A DNA stretch of 63,903 bases from a virus (taxonomy: Duplodnaviria; Caudoviricetes). Under the pieces are notes generated by a model, which ran no database searches, had not been told where the DNA came from, and saw only the letters and a program-made list of their open reading frames with translations. The position numbers and the translations under genes were made by a program. Where the stretch lies: IMG/VR virus record IMGVR_UViG_3300042898_001199, positions 1-63,903 of that record, one strand, 5' to 3'. Shown piece by piece: positions 30,101 through 37,909 of the stretch. Position 1 is the first letter of the stretch. Each line of letters opens with the position of its first letter.

Positions 30101-30527
30101 TACTAGCTTTAGATCGAAGATCCTTTAAGTCAGAAGCATCCTGCATGAAGTTCTGTGGTGCTGGGGCAGCAAATGTCTGCGTAGGCTCAGTTGGCGCAGG
30201 CTCACCTGCACTATCTATAACAGAACCCTGCTGAGTATCAGCAGAAACCTGACCGGTTGCTTCTGTAGTCTCTAATGGCTGATCTGTAGGCTGAGATAAT
30301 TCTTCCTCTCCAACCTCTTTTTTTTTTCCAGAAATCAGATTTTCAAAATCCGACAGAGTTTGTACACGCAAATGTTCTGGAGCGTCAGATGAAAACTTCA
30401 AAACCTTGGCAATTCTTGTCTTATAGACATCGTTGCTTGATAATAAAGTATCAAATTCTTCTTTGTCAGAATTAATCTTACCATTTGTTTTCAAATACGA
30501 ATACAATTCTTCTGTTTCTAAAGCCAT
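18114..30527 (-). CDS. giant polyvalent internal virion/ejection protein (4137 aa)
   Basis: last of the ejection-like genes; DUF3293-like LTAWNP..EENAKRN, zincin VAHEMTH, two ART-like YRG/YHY..[GM]xY[WY]T segments, long coiled coils. Confidence 0.8.
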   Translation of the reverse strand: MALETEELYSYLKTNGKINSDKEEFDTLLSSNDVYKTRIAKVLKFSSDAPEHLRVQTLSDFENLISGKKKEVGEEELSQPTDQPLETTEATGQVSADTQQGSVIDSAGEPAPTEPTQTFAAPAPQNFMQDASDLKDLRSKASNLLSQSTGGGFFEEPEVVEEDIEVDDPEKPGRKKKEKQKKFSFARKNDPSVDQGPEYGVDQILGYKDNADGTYEIVYFSENEESDYSKDYVTKAKKTANNYTGQVGDAVYNDYIKKSSSTIRNYTGNDDAWNDLNRKTVSLFHGMSAEEETKLKEEIRASNPEWDENSATALVDLALTKHQGQYNLGTIEGLMGEQEVVATADENAPKTFMDVLRGTIKKNKEVQKTQAKSLDGKFNILGGILGRPGEGTFFAGINKRKNRESAEQIVTNNAHVDKIDEDFFNNINVSESAQILSGMGISPKEFLIGNQNDLKRLIANSEYVQNVKLPEVDQFGNPIEYDFAKVKELEAQAKAKAADDLYNKLNEDVAYYMDLKYIEKGIETGKFKQEDLDHMKQIHENNVAGRGYGEMDKGFQADAQWAMNIRRSALNDVTSFYSASAYLKTDDLKSSGALRTADKDSRRLENLNSKIADEESKLDIDKSELDINLQEIKKNNELISNFDKSIKETETELAQYADVVDNQIILKSTDGSAKAAKISEDLTKLNTEVQEISKEIEQYYDVQEDGLHLKDGVDKNKAQELLDLVNQKINQLDKLEGELQPYLDKNEKGESYIKNENSDKVNEILAKQKQLIEERNKIVESSKSLGGDAGKLQKFYDDHKEDYEEIAFLSSKLNIVSKDKGFADLKSIKYTIDNLDINLRENPQYSVVSGGGYSGAYSAAKLKEDEWNAYLKKSAKEDNILESTVKTIFTANKNIGEGFIQTYNVIESVFTDDSNTWDEVDANMQNTQFRKTRWSEMAVNPYLEEYSGMWWYSNAISQVPNLVYNVGASMSFGAAGVITYNFLVMEGDMVKQFEDAGYDKGLAMLYGTLTAGTLASIEALVPELPDAVGITIKKNSAQIISRGLADGLSAQQISKALLANAYEITRNAGFKVFSQGTKEAGEEITSGVVESTIMNLAEIKNDTLPEAAKEVLVQGAIGALIGTASASIATTAEVISEKTDKTAGLKFMQLEVGKNGKEILAQAEKRNADVKETDQYKDFQKVNNTYKELERVIPFKKAGDLAKAEILDLYIQKGKLVQATKEAEKLGIVDVESTAKIEELDNKILTAFNADQKRRQSSDVLVNSLSELGVVSYSMNQDGTVKEVNFAPEVSGGMVEENLPKAKELINAQLLKAREQANKQKDEEEKVKPVEENKDQDIADLRAREQEDLRNAIPDIDNYSDTKGDTQGSMPDDLYAIYKPIYDKYDALITPLLREVKSEQTPGTETNTPEIVRDEAWDENAIANLPESSFPDRNSFIETIKNGVFGLLTAWNPQRKSLSDEENAKRNEAAKSWLEERGYSTDGAFGKYGNSELSFFVPNLSREDAVAFAIEFDQESVAAHDGLVFQDGSYHPRIKGAEKFESQGDNYSTMNVAGEKVDFAIEYDFDTLLDKDGNKIETSNEENVQPTTDDILNQANTTGYNVSDNNRAKELAKVAKTPTQKRVVAQVVKALKTLKSVLPNFNIIVFDNESDFKNYANSVGANADSRGLFTILPGEETGVIAINLESANLRTVAHEMTHALLFKMFGDKPELYAQFKNKIADLAKGKKLIALDKDGVPFEISIDEIAADLASNEEYSDVERAEEYVSEVTALLSQLKESDPANKSFLKSIAEYINQLIAKYFGPDLKPIDDTSSPEEIMEFFQTFASKVYYGQKIKLDNKFAENVNTSDEVKSKYSLGGNFEANLIPASDLKKLEDEGYLVQNAKIEELEGEVVISMFPDNKMVGDLSYGTYDKDTEVDGVKYKKGDKRVVLEGNGGLHFAIKYNKDGTFWASTPKMSKTFINLVNKIFDKYPGKPVRVVVFKSTDLKVLSSRDGMAAAIDILELAVQDGDIPLSVFRNALNTAVKEEKDNEGIKLFSGKLSAKELHSVIKDYFINSNDETFKKRVDVGKKIIAEIFKSNEIDFSSLSKKLNIPLNKSGKITVDAATKRLGNVQEEGFMENAPIESAVAYIEIPSKLIVEDESDIPAKKRKHISYPGVMKTEDGQRVTVHMLSERKNYKDILSSVKDGEVRTSEKIENDNTPLRDLEYAANFAGARNIPYSVVRINTGIKYKAQVKSQIDDTQRAVLNEVFEQNPELKSIGTVEKYAEYLKNIFPKSLLQNIFYRGSENSDMIEAEDLDPEKGTGAKNLGKGLYWTLNKNKSADYTGGGKGRISAAILNVNNFHVVDIDANWRRGYAGLKELTVSKVTNGADAIIAYKGLDKDNYVDFKTEGENNTYIGEYVGPVDENGLPAYQKFNELTPEMDQIAVDSNKQVHVLGSKKDTEGFKNFVSKSQVKSLVDNAKLTKHMTEDDQGNYLFYHYSPNKISSIDPKYFGKNTSRTGKDERPGLNISMYYTRPDVLDVSGKYGYVVRIPKDNVYPFNEDPLNLYDAAKATFEKMYPGQAFDPNKQAAFIAQEAANLGYPMIVVKWGEDLRAETTEKMKGEFYQRPDKDYPSSIEFNPALEMFEANEVLAEKNKTSTGKSENITTKLQMNNSDKLEYSLLLDESADKVRKGAGILNTVNDLIAKARKIKGFRDMSSWKKREFEENIERDLKNKLAEDIATVAKIYSEMDNSSKAIAIEKAFADATRDGMEFFTVDELKDAVNAQWDKINKAELKAKRGDEKPDVFKLKEKLKELRTELSQTKENIKQAKADEKNKRNSFRYFVKEYLKLAKLSGLNSQQISAIVNRATGAVTSLTDKQIDNFIQYVDKIVANKEFAAKMDALASNRKTALKRRHNEFTEDVLRFVSIPLFDTDNNPLLTDAEMDRYLDAVARLAKPVPDHTGLDMSLADKAFSADLGKKEFLPADYFDLLTDIKSMPIDTLEEYTAFVRSVNKAKRILDSLYNQGLIDAATHEQWASGDLYTMENGLRVYEANHQDQIDTLKEGLTDDLFQKISSITTNDLFVGEQKSLFERLRSLSANELMNLDVKDLLKLNEALDRMEYGFMPEKEVREMVNRVEIRSQEAGLRIVNQLGDIYKKLTKGVNLLLRKLSSEEAAQWEDVLGLKEGDALYQYVVAPIDRSFKKMSDKVNQILDSYYKKTADLSFANRKFLFLKDRVKTAKGSVSAKKYFKHRVGILSHILDSGHKAYQYNENTNDWLGNQLKEDSIERAIYDEEGVLNIVEDVYNNLISNPAFVTNGKLDYRKIYEAYLNDPSSLMSESEQKLYSAFREANRTSGELIINANAVRGVNGELTEFFSPRRYIGKGMSEDSNVELGYGGAVGGTVRSQSSYSRVSKDPAGPLQFNVDSLVANNAFESARDFYISNAISYVNEVFKNAREAARAEGRDADVKTLNALQQSNRNRVDHQLSRSANNFLTKLTKSFAAKLLIGIGRTAAETLTNIGSGIFRTLSLRGFDPKSYREAKNLMEKFGSPVANLNWDFKVKVTTKKGNLTKNTFSQQLENSIASLHNLTAPLTPGEWMSYFRSEFKRLTGEDYSEAKHFDDSDYKYDLDRAASFADQRIQSIKGGSFKGQARANYRWLPDLFSIPKMALTGKGSKSDVSKGLVSSNDTVAQMLNLFNNFVYRDVSNMLYGAKRAGRGITKDDRMNKGADLGRGLFKFATSATSLTMYTVIFAAVKGIERAFFSDDDKEKKKGEETLEMFTNPDKMWKMIASMGINLAANVTTSRYGASGRAMAISLLQFARNMKGAERQPIDEVLQSLYFTEGIDFEKYDAVEKYAALAFATSVPPVYMLMQEAQKLYKDYLDEPGHNKATIYDLWEEGGKLFNEETADLNKMLSATIMATNLILAMDGKQIPFSRDFIKSLQDEVAIQQDVVILSSDGKYNLVAGVLNFDQNGVGVLSVQDNSKFVSAEKRKERSEALTQEATSMFKNYIQDELKNNRYALKDRNDEGKYAVIKFLAEKAKFDAKKKLKYDVDPADYPKLNFENLTFLDDVALGKFLEGFSKEEYDQEVSDYITKSIETDTDYSKYEASEAGGQQALERYYYDLYQYNKKLTNVKPIKTNYFKIIDNKIESK

Positions 30528-30535
30528 ATTATTTT

Positions 30536-32029
30536 TTATTTGAATTTAGTACCGCTACTTTGCCAAAACGTCCACATATCAGGGTTAGCTACATTTGAAT
30601 TTAACTGATTTGCAAAGAGCAAAGAGTTATTTTTAGAAATATTTTTAAGAGTTGGCTTATCAGACCATAAGAAAACGATAATATCATCATTTAAATCAGC
30701 AGGATCTCCACCTTCTAATACACCAACAAGATCTCCTGAGGCAGTGTGTCTTACCGAAGTAATCTTGCCTGTTATAGTTTCACCTTTGGTATTTTTGTAT
30801 GAATTTGATTTCATTGCTTGCCCAGAAGCTAAACTATCTGTAATAGTCATCTCTTGATCAGCAGATAACCCAAGAACATCTGAATTTACTTTTACGGAGC
30901 CATCTCCCTCTAAAGAATAAATATATTTATTAGACAAGTCTGAACTTATCGTTTGATTCATTGCATCAACATCAGCTTTAGTAAATGCAGAACCATCGTT
31001 TTTCTTTATACTTATGGTTCCATTTGTAGTGCCTCCTGTTAAATCGTAATTAACACTATTGAAGTCAATAGGATTATTAGCAATACTTGTTGCAGGAAGA
31101 ATTTGAGCTTGACCAATAACTGGAGTTGTTTGAGTATTGTTAATTTTCACTGTAATATTTTGCGGTGCTTTAGGATCTTTATAAACATCCGCACTTACAC
31201 CTTTAATATCAACTTGATTTAAAACTAAATCTTTTAAATATTCATCAAAATCTTCAAATCCACCGTATTGTGCCTTGTCAAAAATACCTTTTTCTTTTTT
31301 AAAATCAAAAATACCTCTTGCTTTTTGTATTTCTGGATTAGAATTTAAGTTAGCTAAAATTGCAGGGATCTTAGTTTCATTTATTTCCTTTGTTAATGTA
31401 AGAATTTCATCACTCTTTTTGCTAGAAAAATCAGCTTTTTTTAAATCTTCAATTAACACATCTAAACCAGCGGCTCCAACTGAATTTGTGACAGCATCGG
31501 TTACTTTTGGTATCGCTGTTAATAAATCTTTGCTATTATTATACTCTTCAATTGTTTCTCTAATACCCTCAACAGTAGGGTTGGTCATGATTTTATCATG
31601 GAAATAATTATACACATCGTTATCTGCTCCTTTGATCCCATTTATGCCCTCCATTTTTTTTGAAACATCGGCCATCTGAGCTTGAAAACTTTTAAGATCA
31701 TTTATATCAGATTGCAACGCTTTACCAGCAGGTGTTGTTGCGTCCCAAATAGGTAATTCTTGAGATCCCCATTCAGAATAAATATCCGTGATTTTATCAG
31801 CTTTTAATTGAATAGCTTCATTTATTATTGCGCTTGGAGTTAAATCCGCTTTTGCTAATTTAAGACCGCTTAAAGCAACGTCACCCTTAGCTTTATTAGC
31901 TTTCCTCTGCTCAAGCTCGTATCTTAATTTAGCATCTTTCTTATTTGCAACATTTTCTATCTTTCCACCTATATCGGCAGCTTGATAAACATATGGTGTA
32001 GGTATATCCGCATTGGTTTCTAATGCCAT
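30536..32029 (-). CDS. putative internal virion/ejection protein
   Basis: position between small ejection-like gene and giant protein; starts MALET like the giant protein. Confidence 0.6.
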   Translation of the reverse strand: MALETNADIPTPYVYQAADIGGKIENVANKKDAKLRYELEQRKANKAKGDVALSGLKLAKADLTPSAIINEAIQLKADKITDIYSEWGSQELPIWDATTPAGKALQSDINDLKSFQAQMADVSKKMEGINGIKGADNDVYNYFHDKIMTNPTVEGIRETIEEYNNSKDLLTAIPKVTDAVTNSVGAAGLDVLIEDLKKADFSSKKSDEILTLTKEINETKIPAILANLNSNPEIQKARGIFDFKKEKGIFDKAQYGGFEDFDEYLKDLVLNQVDIKGVSADVYKDPKAPQNITVKINNTQTTPVIGQAQILPATSIANNPIDFNSVNYDLTGGTTNGTISIKKNDGSAFTKADVDAMNQTISSDLSNKYIYSLEGDGSVKVNSDVLGLSADQEMTITDSLASGQAMKSNSYKNTKGETITGKITSVRHTASGDLVGVLEGGDPADLNDDIIVFLWSDKPTLKNISKNNSLLFANQLNSNVANPDMWTFWQSSGTKFK

Positions 32030-32030
32030 T

Positions 32031-32738
32031 TTATTCTGCTTTAAGGTTTGGATATGCTTGTATAAGAGCTTTACCTGCCGCTGTGGTAGGACCTCCAGCT
32101 TCAGCTAGTTTTTCTGTAAATTTCGCTTGATCGTATCCCAAATCTTGAAAACTCTTAATAATTGTAGGATCTAAATTTATCGATTGAGCTGAGATAGCAG
32201 ATCCGATAGTATCAAAGCCTGATGCAATACCTCCACCAATATTGCTAGCTCCAGCAGCTTTCATATCAGCAATCTGCTGTTGCTTCTGCATGTATGGTTG
32301 AAGCTCATTAATGTCATATGCTTTATCAGCATAATTCTGCAACCCCGAAACTCCTTGTAAATAATTTTGCTGTAACCCTAATTTAGTCTGGGCAGCTTGA
32401 CCTAAAACATCAGCAGAGGCCTGCATACCTGAAGCGTTAGCTTGAACTAAAGCACCAAGACCAGCAGCTCCAGAGGGAGCCATTGTTTGAATATTTTGAG
32501 TAGTGTTTGCTAGGTTTTGATTAATACCCTGCATCTGCTGAGCAAGACCTGGAGCCTCACCTTGTGCTAAGGCTAACTGTCCCTGAACAGCTCTTTGAGC
32601 ATCATTATATTCATATTTTGGTCGAGGGCCTAACTTTTTTTGAAGATCTTTAGCCTGTTTATTTTGGTAAATACCATAACCAATCTGACCTGCGGCTTGT
32701 ACTGCACCTGCTATTGCTAAACCTGCTCCTGGAATCAT
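32031..32738 (-). CDS. putative ejection/pilot protein
   Basis: G/A/Q-rich, hydrophobic N-terminus GAGLAIAGAVQAAG, typical of podovirus ejection proteins. Confidence 0.65.
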   Translation of the reverse strand: MIPGAGLAIAGAVQAAGQIGYGIYQNKQAKDLQKKLGPRPKYEYNDAQRAVQGQLALAQGEAPGLAQQMQGINQNLANTTQNIQTMAPSGAAGLGALVQANASGMQASADVLGQAAQTKLGLQQNYLQGVSGLQNYADKAYDINELQPYMQKQQQIADMKAAGASNIGGGIASGFDTIGSAISAQSINLDPTIIKSFQDLGYDQAKFTEKLAEAGGPTTAAGKALIQAYPNLKAE

Positions 32739-32779
32739 AGTAATAATTTGAATGTAAAGTTCAAATATACAAATAAAAT

Positions 32780-35700
32780 CTATTGCATCATCGGTTCTGA
32801 AGGAACAAAGTTAACATTTGCTGAAAACAATATCATTTTATTTGTTGTGTCTGAGTTTGTTAAAGAGTGGTCTAGGACATACCCCCTTAACTCTCTCCCG
32901 TTCAATCTTTTTAAAGCGTATGGTAAAAATGGGTTAGGATCTGACATATCTCTAAAATATTTAGAGACGTAATAAGACTCTTGATTTCTAAAATTATCAA
33001 TCAATATATTAGAAGACATGCCGCCCGGGTATTGATTTGTTGGAGGGACAATAACCTGAACTTGAAAAGGCATGTTCGACTGAGTGGTAAACGTTAAAAA
33101 CCTTTTCATTGTTGTTGGGTTAGATTTAAATAAAAATCTTACATTCTGATTATAACCTCTATCAAAAAATGTCAACTCGCTACCACCCTTATCCTCCTCG
33201 TATAATTCACCCATATTAGTTGTAGGGTAACCTCCAACAGTATAAGCTCTGTTACCAAACTGAGTGGCCCATAAAACAGGTTGGTTCATATAGGAAGACC
33301 ATCTTTGCCTGTTAAACGAATAAACAATAGCCTCTGTAGAAATGTCTGCCTCTGGGTATATTGTAATAGTTCCTGGGCTTGGTTTTTCCATTGTTGAAAG
33401 CGTTCCGTTAATAGAGATAGATGTTACATCTTTCCCTGGATTATAACTAGATCCAATTACTGTATACGTCCCATTATTATTAGAGTCAAAAGCACCCGAA
33501 ATAACAAATGTAGTTCCTGGTTGAAAATACGAGGTGTAATCACCAACAAAATCAATTGTGCCTGGGGGTATTATTGAAAACTCAGTAAGCTCAATACTAT
33601 TAGGTATATTATCTAAACTAGAACCTGCATATAAAATATATTCACCATTAGAGCGATTAATATGAGAAATTATATTCATTAATTGTCCGCTGTCGTATTC
33701 AGCCTGTCTTATAGAGTTGGTGAAATTTTCAATACCCAAACCAAATTTACGCTCTCCTTCACATATGTTAACTAATCCACCTTGAGTTGCCTGAACTGCG
33801 GCAGCGTTGTAGAAGTCGTAAAAAAACACGTTGTTCTCAACTTTTGCTACAGAACCTGGATGAATACATCCGTAATCATCATCGTGTGGGCGAATACCTG
33901 CAAATGTTTTATCGGAAATAATTACATTGTTAGTACCATCCCCGTTAAGAGCAAATGCCTTTTGGATATAAACAGATGTAATTTTCTTATCTTGGAAAGC
34001 CTTGAGAGTGTCTCCAATTTGCGTCAGTCTATTGATACTTCCATGTTCATCTTTCAACACCACGTTGTTAAAAAACTCTATTCGGCTAAGTCCGTTAATC
34101 TGAGTGTTGTCAATAAGAGCGTTGGTGTGATAAATAGATGCCTTTAAGTGTTGCTGTTTAGCAAATGGTGAAAATAAACCTACACGACCTTTATTATTCC
34201 AATTTGAAATATAAAAGTCAGAGTAATGAGGATCTTCACAGAACCAAGCACCTATATGGTCATTTGCATCTTTAACATCTGCTAAACTGCCTTCATAATC
34301 ATATCCTGTTGACATCACCCTTTGACGTATATAAACATCACCACAATTTAAATTAACTACAGCTTCTCTAATTCCGTAAATTTGATTCGTATCACCACCG
34401 TGTGATCTTGTAGATGTATGGGGATTTAGTACAGGGAACTCAATTCCAACCTCATACCAAGGATCATTTTCACTTTCTTTTTTAGGAGTGTATATTTCTA
34501 TTTGAAATCCTCCTGTTGCAAATGGTCGTTGAGGATTACTTCCTCCAAACCTTAAATACTCACCTAATAAATTAACGTCAAAATTATTTACAATAATAAC
34601 CTCTTCTCCATTAGGACCTCCTCCGAGTTCATAAGCTAAAACATTTAATTCTTGAATTATATTATTTTCATTAGTTATATAATCTGGATAATATTGACTA
34701 TTATTATAATTACAATCCAATAATGATATAGAATATGATGAATTTGAATTTGACATTAATATATTCAAAGGCCCGCTTGCAACGCTATACTCGCAATAAA
34801 ATGTTAATGTGTCAGAAGCAACTAAAGGAATTTCAAAACTTCCACTGTAGGAGAAGACAGAACTTCCAATAGCATTAAGAACCCCTCCCACAAAACTTGT
34901 TCCTGGAAAACTATTTTTTCTTACAGTTATTTCTAAAATAGGAGATCCAGTAAAACCAGATCCAGTAATTGTTGTTGTTGTTTCAAATTTAATGCGATAT
35001 GTACCAGAAATCGGTGCTGTAAAAACTCCTGAACTCATTGTTGAATTTGGATCATACGTTTCATTAATGTATGACGATAAATCTAACTGATACATAAATA
35101 CATTTGGCATCGTCCCACTTGCAATTCTTGGAACATTAATAGAAACCTGATTTGCTGTAAATTGATTGTAAATAACAAAATCCTTCTCAAACAAAGCCCT
35201 TGCTCTTACAAAACGTACAAAATCACCTTTTGAAGGAGTGTGGTTTATTGAAGATCCTAAAACTTGTTCTTTATAATAATTATCTAAAACAAGTTTAACG
35301 GTAGTATCTGGATTGTAAATAACTTGCTTAACGGACCTTTGCTGGAAGTTAGAAATATTTGTAGACGGCTTGTATAATATTTGATAGGTATCTGCCCACA
35401 TTGGTGGTTGATATGTAGAAGCAATTATTATGTCTATATTGTTGATATACGGTCTTTTCTTCAATCCAAAATTTCCACTATTAAGTGCAAGGTCAGTTAA
35501 ATCCGTATTGAATGGAACGTAAACATCTCCAGCAGGAACCGTTAAAACTGTTCCGTCACGATTTGCTCTATCGTAATATTGAAAAGCAAACTCGTGTTTT
35601 GCTCCTGATTTGAAAGTTCTTGTAGCTTTATTTTCACGATAAACGATCATTGCTCCTACTGTAGGAGTGTTTAGCTGGGCCTGAGTTCTAGTATACCAAG

Positions 35701-37162
35701 TTTTTCCTAATATTTGTAATGTTGGCCATGTTACAGTAGTATTCCATGATGCAGGAGCCATTACTTGTGACGTAATACCCAATGTATTTAAATAGTTTTG
35801 AAGCTCTACACATAATTGATTTATTTTTTGGAGATCACTTATGTAAATACTAGGATCTATATAAGGAACTAAAAAGTATATAACAGGATCAGGCAAAACA
35901 GTATTTAAAGAAAATAAATCATTATTTTTTAATTGAAGAGCTATTATGTCTCCAGCTTGAAATCTGTATTTTATAAAATCACCACCAACTTGTAGAAATG
36001 AAATAAATAGTCGATTAAAAGTTGTATAATCACAATAAAAAGAAGCTTGAGGATATGTAAATGCTGTATTTTCAATAGCCCTTCTATCAACAGTAAAATA
36101 AACACTACTATTTGTAATTTCTTGTTTATCGTAACCTTCTATATAATTACCTAGAGCAAACTCATTAGACGGCAAGTATTCAATTGTTTTTACAATCTGA
36201 GGTATTAGGTCATAATTTCTCTCAGAATTGCTTATTGCTGGTCCAGAAGTTTCATTTTTGAAATTAATTGTCTCTGTTGAATAGTCGGACCATCCTAATT
36301 GGTTTTTATCGTATTCCTTATATAAGAAAAATTCTCCTGTGTTTCCTATACGATATGCCACTCGAATCAAACGAGAAATTGAAGATCCAGTTTCAATGTT
36401 AAGTCTTATTGTGTTATCAATGTATGAATCAATATTAACGGTTTGCGTAATATACTCGGAAGAATTAGGCAATACCATTTCTGATATTGGAGACCATGCA
36501 GACTCTTCGTTGTCATCGTAAACGTATTGATAACGAAATTGAAAAAGTTTATTTTTTAAGTTGTTAACTGATTCAGTTGTATCTGAATCGTATGTAAATG
36601 TCGGAGAAAACAGCGGAGGGTGTTTAATCCAATCTAAATTATTAAATGTGATCTCTGAATATCCTTCAGGATCTGTTCCTCCAGATTGAGTATACAAGAT
36701 TGCCTTTTGAATATTAATCTTGCGAGGAGGGTTAAAATTATTATTGATGTAAGTCTTAAAGAAATTGTCTGTCCAGTACAATAAGTTATTAACAACAGAT
36801 GCGTGATAAATTTGGTTTTCTTTTTGGAAATTTAATATTTTATCTTCAAGAATAAGGGTATATTGAAAATCTTCTACAGTGTATCTCCATATTGAATGAT
36901 TTTCATTATCATTCCACACGAACAAGATAATTGCCTTATGCTCTACATCTTCGCAAGAGCCGATAACGATATTAACACCAGCAGCAAGATGGGTATTTTC
37001 TTGAAGTAGATTCCCTGTCCTAGACTGCAAAGCACCTTCTGATGGAGCGTTTCCTCCATAGTTTCTAGAAAATGCTGCGTATCTATAATCTCCATTAGGG
37101 ATAAGACGATCTTCATCGTCTGTATTCATACCTCCGTTAAAAAATATTCCTTCTTGATACAT
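32780..37162 (-). CDS. tail nozzle/muzzle (stabilisation) protein
   Basis: GGMNTDDEDRLIPNGDYR N-terminus, LLYWTDN..NPPRKIN, FRYQYVYDDNEESAWSP, TFKSGAKHEF; similar to crAss-like muzzle proteins. Confidence 0.75.
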   Translation of the reverse strand: MYQEGIFFNGGMNTDDEDRLIPNGDYRYAAFSRNYGGNAPSEGALQSRTGNLLQENTHLAAGVNIVIGSCEDVEHKAIILFVWNDNENHSIWRYTVEDFQYTLILEDKILNFQKENQIYHASVVNNLLYWTDNFFKTYINNNFNPPRKINIQKAILYTQSGGTDPEGYSEITFNNLDWIKHPPLFSPTFTYDSDTTESVNNLKNKLFQFRYQYVYDDNEESAWSPISEMVLPNSSEYITQTVNIDSYIDNTIRLNIETGSSISRLIRVAYRIGNTGEFFLYKEYDKNQLGWSDYSTETINFKNETSGPAISNSERNYDLIPQIVKTIEYLPSNEFALGNYIEGYDKQEITNSSVYFTVDRRAIENTAFTYPQASFYCDYTTFNRLFISFLQVGGDFIKYRFQAGDIIALQLKNNDLFSLNTVLPDPVIYFLVPYIDPSIYISDLQKINQLCVELQNYLNTLGITSQVMAPASWNTTVTWPTLQILGKTWYTRTQAQLNTPTVGAMIVYRENKATRTFKSGAKHEFAFQYYDRANRDGTVLTVPAGDVYVPFNTDLTDLALNSGNFGLKKRPYINNIDIIIASTYQPPMWADTYQILYKPSTNISNFQQRSVKQVIYNPDTTVKLVLDNYYKEQVLGSSINHTPSKGDFVRFVRARALFEKDFVIYNQFTANQVSINVPRIASGTMPNVFMYQLDLSSYINETYDPNSTMSSGVFTAPISGTYRIKFETTTTITGSGFTGSPILEITVRKNSFPGTSFVGGVLNAIGSSVFSYSGSFEIPLVASDTLTFYCEYSVASGPLNILMSNSNSSYSISLLDCNYNNSQYYPDYITNENNIIQELNVLAYELGGGPNGEEVIIVNNFDVNLLGEYLRFGGSNPQRPFATGGFQIEIYTPKKESENDPWYEVGIEFPVLNPHTSTRSHGGDTNQIYGIREAVVNLNCGDVYIRQRVMSTGYDYEGSLADVKDANDHIGAWFCEDPHYSDFYISNWNNKGRVGLFSPFAKQQHLKASIYHTNALIDNTQINGLSRIEFFNNVVLKDEHGSINRLTQIGDTLKAFQDKKITSVYIQKAFALNGDGTNNVIISDKTFAGIRPHDDDYGCIHPGSVAKVENNVFFYDFYNAAAVQATQGGLVNICEGERKFGLGIENFTNSIRQAEYDSGQLMNIISHINRSNGEYILYAGSSLDNIPNSIELTEFSIIPPGTIDFVGDYTSYFQPGTTFVISGAFDSNNNGTYTVIGSSYNPGKDVTSISINGTLSTMEKPSPGTITIYPEADISTEAIVYSFNRQRWSSYMNQPVLWATQFGNRAYTVGGYPTTNMGELYEEDKGGSELTFFDRGYNQNVRFLFKSNPTTMKRFLTFTTQSNMPFQVQVIVPPTNQYPGGMSSNILIDNFRNQESYYVSKYFRDMSDPNPFLPYALKRLNGRELRGYVLDHSLTNSDTTNKMILFSANVNFVPSEPMMQ

Positions 37163-37165
37163 ATC

Positions 37166-37909
37166 TTATCGTAGTTTTAGTCCTGGTGCTGAGTAGAATG
37201 CGTCAAGGATTTCATCCATAGTGTTTCCTTGAGCCATTGCTGCTTCTGCCATAGACTCGGTATAAATTCTTTCTCTATTTTGAGAGTTAACAGGATATTT
37301 CTGAGGCTCGAACTCTGCAAGCTGCCAGATAATATAGTTACGCATCGGCTCAATGTAATAGTGAGGAACAAGCGTCTGAGCGTTTATATCAGCACCTGTG
37401 CTTAAATACTCAAGAACAACTTTATTATTCATAACTCCACTAGTAAATTGTATAAAAGTATTGGTGGGATCAATTCTATAATAAGCCTGATTAAAGCCAC
37501 CCCCTGATGCAAAAAGAGCAGGAAAATAATTTCCGTTATAAGAGTGATCTAAGAAAAACACTCCTGTTGTCACTGATGAGTTTTCAGCGGAAGTTAAGTT
37601 ATTTGAAAATTCCATTGTGGTAGGGATAGATAAATTTTCATCTAGTCCTAAAGTCCACAATCTTCCACCGTAATCGATCGCAATTTTGGTATATCTCATG
37701 AAATCTGAAGGTAGAGGAACCTGACCTACAGAGTTAATCATAAGATGAGCTACTTTTAAACACGGGAAAGAGGTAGTGCCTCTAACCACTTCGCTCATCC
37801 ACTCAATAGCAATTTGCTCTAGACGGGGAATCTCAGCAGTCTGACCTTTAACACGGTTAAGAGTAGACTGAGTTACATATTCTATATTTTTTACTGGAGT
37901 TCCTTCCAT
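37166..37909 (-). CDS. tail ring/adaptor structural protein
   Basis: VPLPSDFMRYTKI, VVLEYLSTG; synteny. Confidence 0.65.
   Translation of the reverse strand: MEGTPVKNIEYVTQSTLNRVKGQTAEIPRLEQIAIEWMSEVVRGTTSFPCLKVAHLMINSVGQVPLPSDFMRYTKIAIDYGGRLWTLGLDENLSIPTTMEFSNNLTSAENSSVTTGVFFLDHSYNGNYFPALFASGGGFNQAYYRIDPTNTFIQFTSGVMNNKVVLEYLSTGADINAQTLVPHYYIEPMRNYIIWQLAEFEPQKYPVNSQNRERIYTESMAEAAMAQGNTMDEILDAFYSAPGLKLR

Noticed and set aside
18114-30527. crAss-like virion RNA polymerase
   Set aside because: No DxDxD/DFDID catalytic motif found by eye; motifs fit a polyvalent protein instead
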